Positions 51,801 through 64,000 of a stretch of 64,000 nt of DNA are shown here, piece by piece. Position 1 is the first letter of the stretch. Each line of letters opens with the position of its first letter. The stretch is taken from positions 1,798,001-1,862,000 of the forward strand of contig CM120641.1 in NCBI GenBank assembly GCA_051362555.1, given 5' to 3'. The position numbers were made by a program, and so were the translations under genes. Source of the stretch: Lingula anatina (lineage: Eukaryota; Animalia; Brachiopoda). The notes under the pieces are model-generated. The model was not told the origin of the DNA, ran no database searches, and saw only the letters and a list, made by a program, of their open reading frames with translations.

Positions 51801-54049
51801 GGGGATGTATGTTGACCCTGGCCCAACCCCATACACAAGTCATGTTGCTATCCCTAATATTATTCCATTGCAAAATTCTTACGATGCATAACTTGTTTCA
51901 AACCAAATTCAGTCCCTTTTAACTACTATTTTAAAATCAAAACTACAGACAAGGGTAAAAATTTTGCTACAAAATCAAGGATTTTTTTATTAGCACTTCA
52001 ATTATTTCATAGAGAGCCATAATATAGAAAATATAATTTACATAAAATTACATACATAATTGTTGCATACAGGGTAAGTTTTGAAAGCAGCCAAATCATG
52101 ATTTTTAGGTTGGTCACATGTGGAAATGTAAGCAGCAACAAAGTGGTACTCAAATAAGAGCCAACTTAGGTAGCTTTAGTGCTACTGTAAGAAAGCTGAC
52201 ACTAATGATGAAAAAAATTAATTACATGGCATCCATCATGATTACAGACCATGATGAGCTTTAACATAGCTAGTTTTGATCCGTTTTCAATTTACACTAA
52301 AGAGTAAGTAATGACATTAAAAAAGTTCAAGTCCCAATAATTTTTAGCAATTTCAATTTGGGACTACATAATTCACTGGCAACCCACTTTCAGGATAGCA
52401 CCCTAATTTTTAAGTTAATTTGTCTTCAATGTTCACTAAAGAATACATTATTGACTCAAGTTTCATTTATGCCTATATATAATGAAAAGCAACATAATGT
52501 ACAAGCAGAACTCAGCAATGCCATTTGGTGGGTGCCTGGTGTGACGGTGCGCTAATGCTCAAATGATACTTTCGTAAATGAGATATAATAAATTTATGCT
52601 CTGATACTAAATATTTAAAAAAAGTACCCTTACAAAACATACTATTTAAAACATCTATCAACATAGAAGTGATGCTGTGCATAGGTAGACAGGTCTGATG
52701 CCAGGGGGACAGGTAGAGGAAAATACATCTTCAGATGACCATTCTTCAGTGCCTGAGGGATTTATGGCTACCAGCTTCGATGAAACTATGAACTATGTTT
52801 TCCTGAGGAAGCACTCCCCCTAACACCCTCCCTCCCCTGGTTTCAGGCCTGCTGGGTCCATTCGACCATGGACAGTGGGGGAATCCATTGTGAAAGAATT
52901 TACATGAACACACAGGTTTTATAAAAATAGTGGATCTATGTCAACAGCAAATGTTATATCACAGGGAAGACAATCTAAGGACATCATCTACAGTCCACCG
53001 GCAATTACAGGAGCCTAATAAACAGACTATGGGAATCTAGACGTGTACATTGCCTGTAGCACAAGGTTTATATTCTCCTAAGTTACTAGCATACTAATCT
53101 TCCTTAATTTTTTTTTCTTTTTCAAAGAAAAATGAGCTTGCAAATAAAAAGAAAAATGTCCTATCTACAGTTTGATGTAGGTCTCTTCAATACAATAGTA
53201 ATCTACAATATGTAACACCAAAAGTGCTGACATCATTGCACAGCAGTGCTGCCACCTGGTAATGCCACAACTGTGGTGCCCTCTAGTGTCCTTATCGCTA
53301 ACTGCCCTGCAGTGGTGATGACTGCTCATAGGTAGGCATATCTATGTCATCAAACACATCAGCCTCTGATACTCAGACAATATATATTATAAATGTGTGA
53401 AGCAAGGAGTGTGGCACGACCAGGGTGAGAATGAAACATAACACTGCACTAACAGATGAACACATTTTTACACTCCTACACAGATACAAGTGGGTATAAT
53501 GCTAAATCACTGTCACTGTTTAATGGACTACATCCAGCTTTGTTTTAACAAAGGGCAAAAACATTTTGAGACCAATTTTAGAAGAGCTAAAGGTTCAGTA
53601 ATTGAGGAGCTCTATGCCAACTGGCAGAGGAAAGGGGGTGGGGGTGGAGGGGGGGTACCTGATGAATAACCCACCCAGGACCCCGACCACAGAATCTTCT
53701 TTCCAGAGATGCTCTTAAAATGTTTTGTTCAAAACATTGCTGGCCATAACTTCACTATGTAAACAGAATGACAACATTCTTATAGAGGCTGGGGTATACT
53801 ATCTACTCAGTCAACCAAAAGTGTATGATTTCTTTCATTTTCCAGTCTCTCCACTTAGATATAGCTATTGAACAGTCTTCTAAGATATGTAAGTCTCAAC
53901 ATACCATAAACAGTTTGACTTGCTTATTTCTGTCATATTTTTTTACTTTAAAATTAACAGTTAAAACTGTTAAGAACACAAATTAAAGTGTTAGTTTCCA
54001 TAAGATTCTTAATCGGCCTATTTTTTTTTATTAAGTTGAATGTTTTACT

Positions 54050-54052
<3 letters not shown>

Positions 54053-54114
<62 letters not shown>
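54053..54114. repeat. (TA)n microsatellite in the Fer 3' UTR
   Basis: Direct reading. Confidence 0.95.
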
Positions 54115-54118
<4 letters not shown>

Positions 54119-54218
54119 CTTCCAGACAAAGATCTTTTCACATGACTCTGCTCATAATTCTGCTATTTCTACTTTCCTTCCTTTTTTATTGTTTTGTATT
54201 CCAATGAGGCCAAACTCT

Positions 54219-61641
<7,423 letters not shown>

Positions 61642-61858
61642 CTGATAAGAGAAGAGGATATATTCAGCATCAAAAGAATTGTGTGTTCTCGTGTGATACA
61701 TTTAATGTTATGGTGTATGTTATGTTTTGGGATGATGGTATATTGGATAGAACACCATTTTATGCCCCATTGCTGCTTTTACTGCTGCCAATGTGGTTAA
61801 AAATAGGAATGAAATCAATACAGTTAGCAGTAATAATTCAGGCTAATGTACAGAAAGG

Positions 61859-61860
<2 letters not shown>

Positions 61861-61909
<49 letters not shown>
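61861..61909. repeat. (GT)n microsatellite
   Basis: Direct reading. Confidence 0.95.
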
Positions 61910-61911
<2 letters not shown>

Positions 61912-61919
61912 CTTGTGCA

Positions 61920-62230
61920 CGCATTCTAACCGAGGACACACACCCGCCCGAAACCCACTAACCGAGGACACACCTCCAACCGAGGACGTCCTCGGTTGAC
62001 ATAAGCAGTGGAATGCATAAAGGGGCCCATTTCAAGTTAGGTGGTGAAATTTGACGCTATTCTGAGCCAGTCCTCGGTTATGCTGTATAGCGCGGGCCAA
62101 ATTCCCGCCACGAGTGTATCAGAAATACTGTCCAACTTTTTGTCTGAAATCGGGCTATACACACGCGTCCTCGGTTGTGCTGTAAAGGGCGGACCAAATT
62201 CCGCGTCCTCGGTTGTGCTGTGAAGGGCAG
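61920..62230. mobile_element. DNA-transposon terminal fragment with repeated aaccgaggac / gtcctcggtt motifs
   Basis: Three direct and four inverted copies of a 10-bp motif; family not assignable. Confidence 0.4.
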
Positions 62231-63628
62231 ACTAAACTGAAACTAATGTTATATCTCATATATATATTCAGTAAGTTCATATTTTTAAACTAAAGGTCTT
62301 TTTTATCAAATTAAGCTCTCCTAGGCCGTTACGTAACTACATAACTATCATCGCACTGTACATATTACGGCACGCTTCTTTATTAGTACAACTGACTTGG
62401 AGTGGTTTAAATAAAGAAGAACTGTCTGAATTTGTGGCTCACTCGGTAGATCTTAGGACCGACAATCTTTTGAGGGTGCAAGAATTAAATGAAAAGGGTA
62501 AATGGATCGTCCGTAAACCCCCTTTACACTGGGCTCGACATTAGCGCCTGTCCGGGACAGGTAAAAAATCAGTTCGGACAGGTGAAGTTGCAGGGTTGGC
62601 TGTCCGACGGACAGGTCATGTTTTGTGAGAAATTTGGAGCAAAAATCTTTTTAAAAAAATATATTTTGTTGCATACTAACGTCTTTTATTCCCTTCCTAG
62701 ACGGCATTGAAAAGAGTGACCTACTTTTGGCACAAAACACATGCAGTCGCAAAACGAAGTCTGAGTAAACTTACCGCCAAATTATGAAAGAGAACACCCT
62801 CCAGAACTTCATCAGACAAAATTTATTCACATATCAGGTTCTTTACTTTATATTTATTTAGTTCAAAATCTACGTGCTCTAGTAGTAAAGACCGTTCCAA
62901 AAACAGAAACTACACAACTACTGTGCTGCCTGGGTACAAAGCCAGATTGAACTGGATGAACTGGCTATATCTAGTTCGTTGTCAAGGCAACATACTGCCT
63001 GTCAATCAAATACGTTGTATGCTATCTACTCACTATAGAAAGTGAAATCTTTTGGACTGAAGATCTTGTTGAAATGTTGTTTATTTGCCAAAATATAACC
63101 TGAAATTTTGTATGGTGTTTTCTTTAATGATTCTAGTATCACCTTTGTTATTTACAGTTAAAAAATAGTGCTCAGCTGGAATATGATAAATTAACATTGC
63201 TGTCATATACCAGTATGATATTGATGTAAGGAAGAAATTAGTAATAAAAAATATGAGAATTTTAATAAAAAGAAGGGGAACATTTTATACTGATTTTATT
63301 TAATTCATATATTAAAAAAAATCAAACACATGATAACCCAAAAAAAGAAGTTAAATTGTTAACATAGATATAAGTATTATAAAATGAATATTATTGAACA
63401 TTTCATTGAACTATATTCAAATATTATTAATTTTGAATATTTTAATAAAATTAATTTAACAGTACCCCCTCCCCACTTCCCGCTCAGGGTATTTTTTTTC
63501 TTTTTTTTTTTTAAGCTGTGGTTAAACTTCATGTAATCTGTTATCAAATTGCATATTTACAATTAGTAGACCCTGTACCCCAAATCCTAGGAGAAGCCCT
63601 GATTGGAACTATGTTAAATCAGACTTAG

Positions 63629-63842
63629 ACCCCATTTCCAGAGATTAGATCGATCTACTTTAGATCAACCTAACTCCCTGGGGGTTCACGCAGAATAGCT
63701 GTCAGCCGAGCGGACACGAAAGTTAATTACCCCCTTACAGCTTGTAGTAGGTGGGACGGACATTTAAGCCGGATTATCTGACAGTAATCTAGTGAGACTC
63801 CCCGCGGGGATAGATCGATCTAAAAGCTCTGGGAATACAGCC
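63629..63842. mobile_element. MITE-like foldback
   Basis: Arms ttccagag..tagatcgatcta / tagatcgatcta..ctctgggaa. Confidence 0.45.
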
Positions 63843-64000
63843 TTATATGCAAGATTTAATCTTCAGGAGTTCACAAGTATGAAAAAACAACTTTTTACCT
63901 GAAAATAAATTCACTTTAAGGTGCATTTTCCCAGCTCATTTGATTGAGTATTTTGGTAATAAATACATTAAATGTATGACTACACATTAATTTACAAAGT

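Noticed and set aside
48000-52000. Intergenic region between SLC9B and the Fer 3' UTR, including GC-richer 51350-51580
   Set aside because: No coding, RNA-gene or repeat structure beyond microsatellites that I can support

Overview
Eukaryotic, AT-rich invertebrate DNA with GT-AG introns; the repeat types suggest a mollusc or other lophotrochozoan (inference). Three spliced genes can be reconstructed with phase-consistent exons. (1) An SLC46-family MFS transporter (+, 9695-13170, 484 aa). (2) An SLC9B/NHA-family cation:proton antiporter homolog (-, 39044-44606). It lacks the catalytic DD motif and probably starts with an upstream SAM-like exon at 47457-47643. (3) The 3' part of a Fer/Fes tyrosine kinase (-, 54219-61641, continuing beyond the window). 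Between the convergent SLC46 and SLC9B genes lies a ~19 kb patchwork of short fragments from many unrelated transposon families, almost all antisense to SLC46, which resembles a TE trap or piRNA cluster. Three near-identical non-autonomous Helentron-type elements carry variable 146-bp satellite arrays, and there are many MITEs. Tandem duplications repeatedly straddle splice sites. All protein family assignments come from motif recognition by eye; no searches were run.
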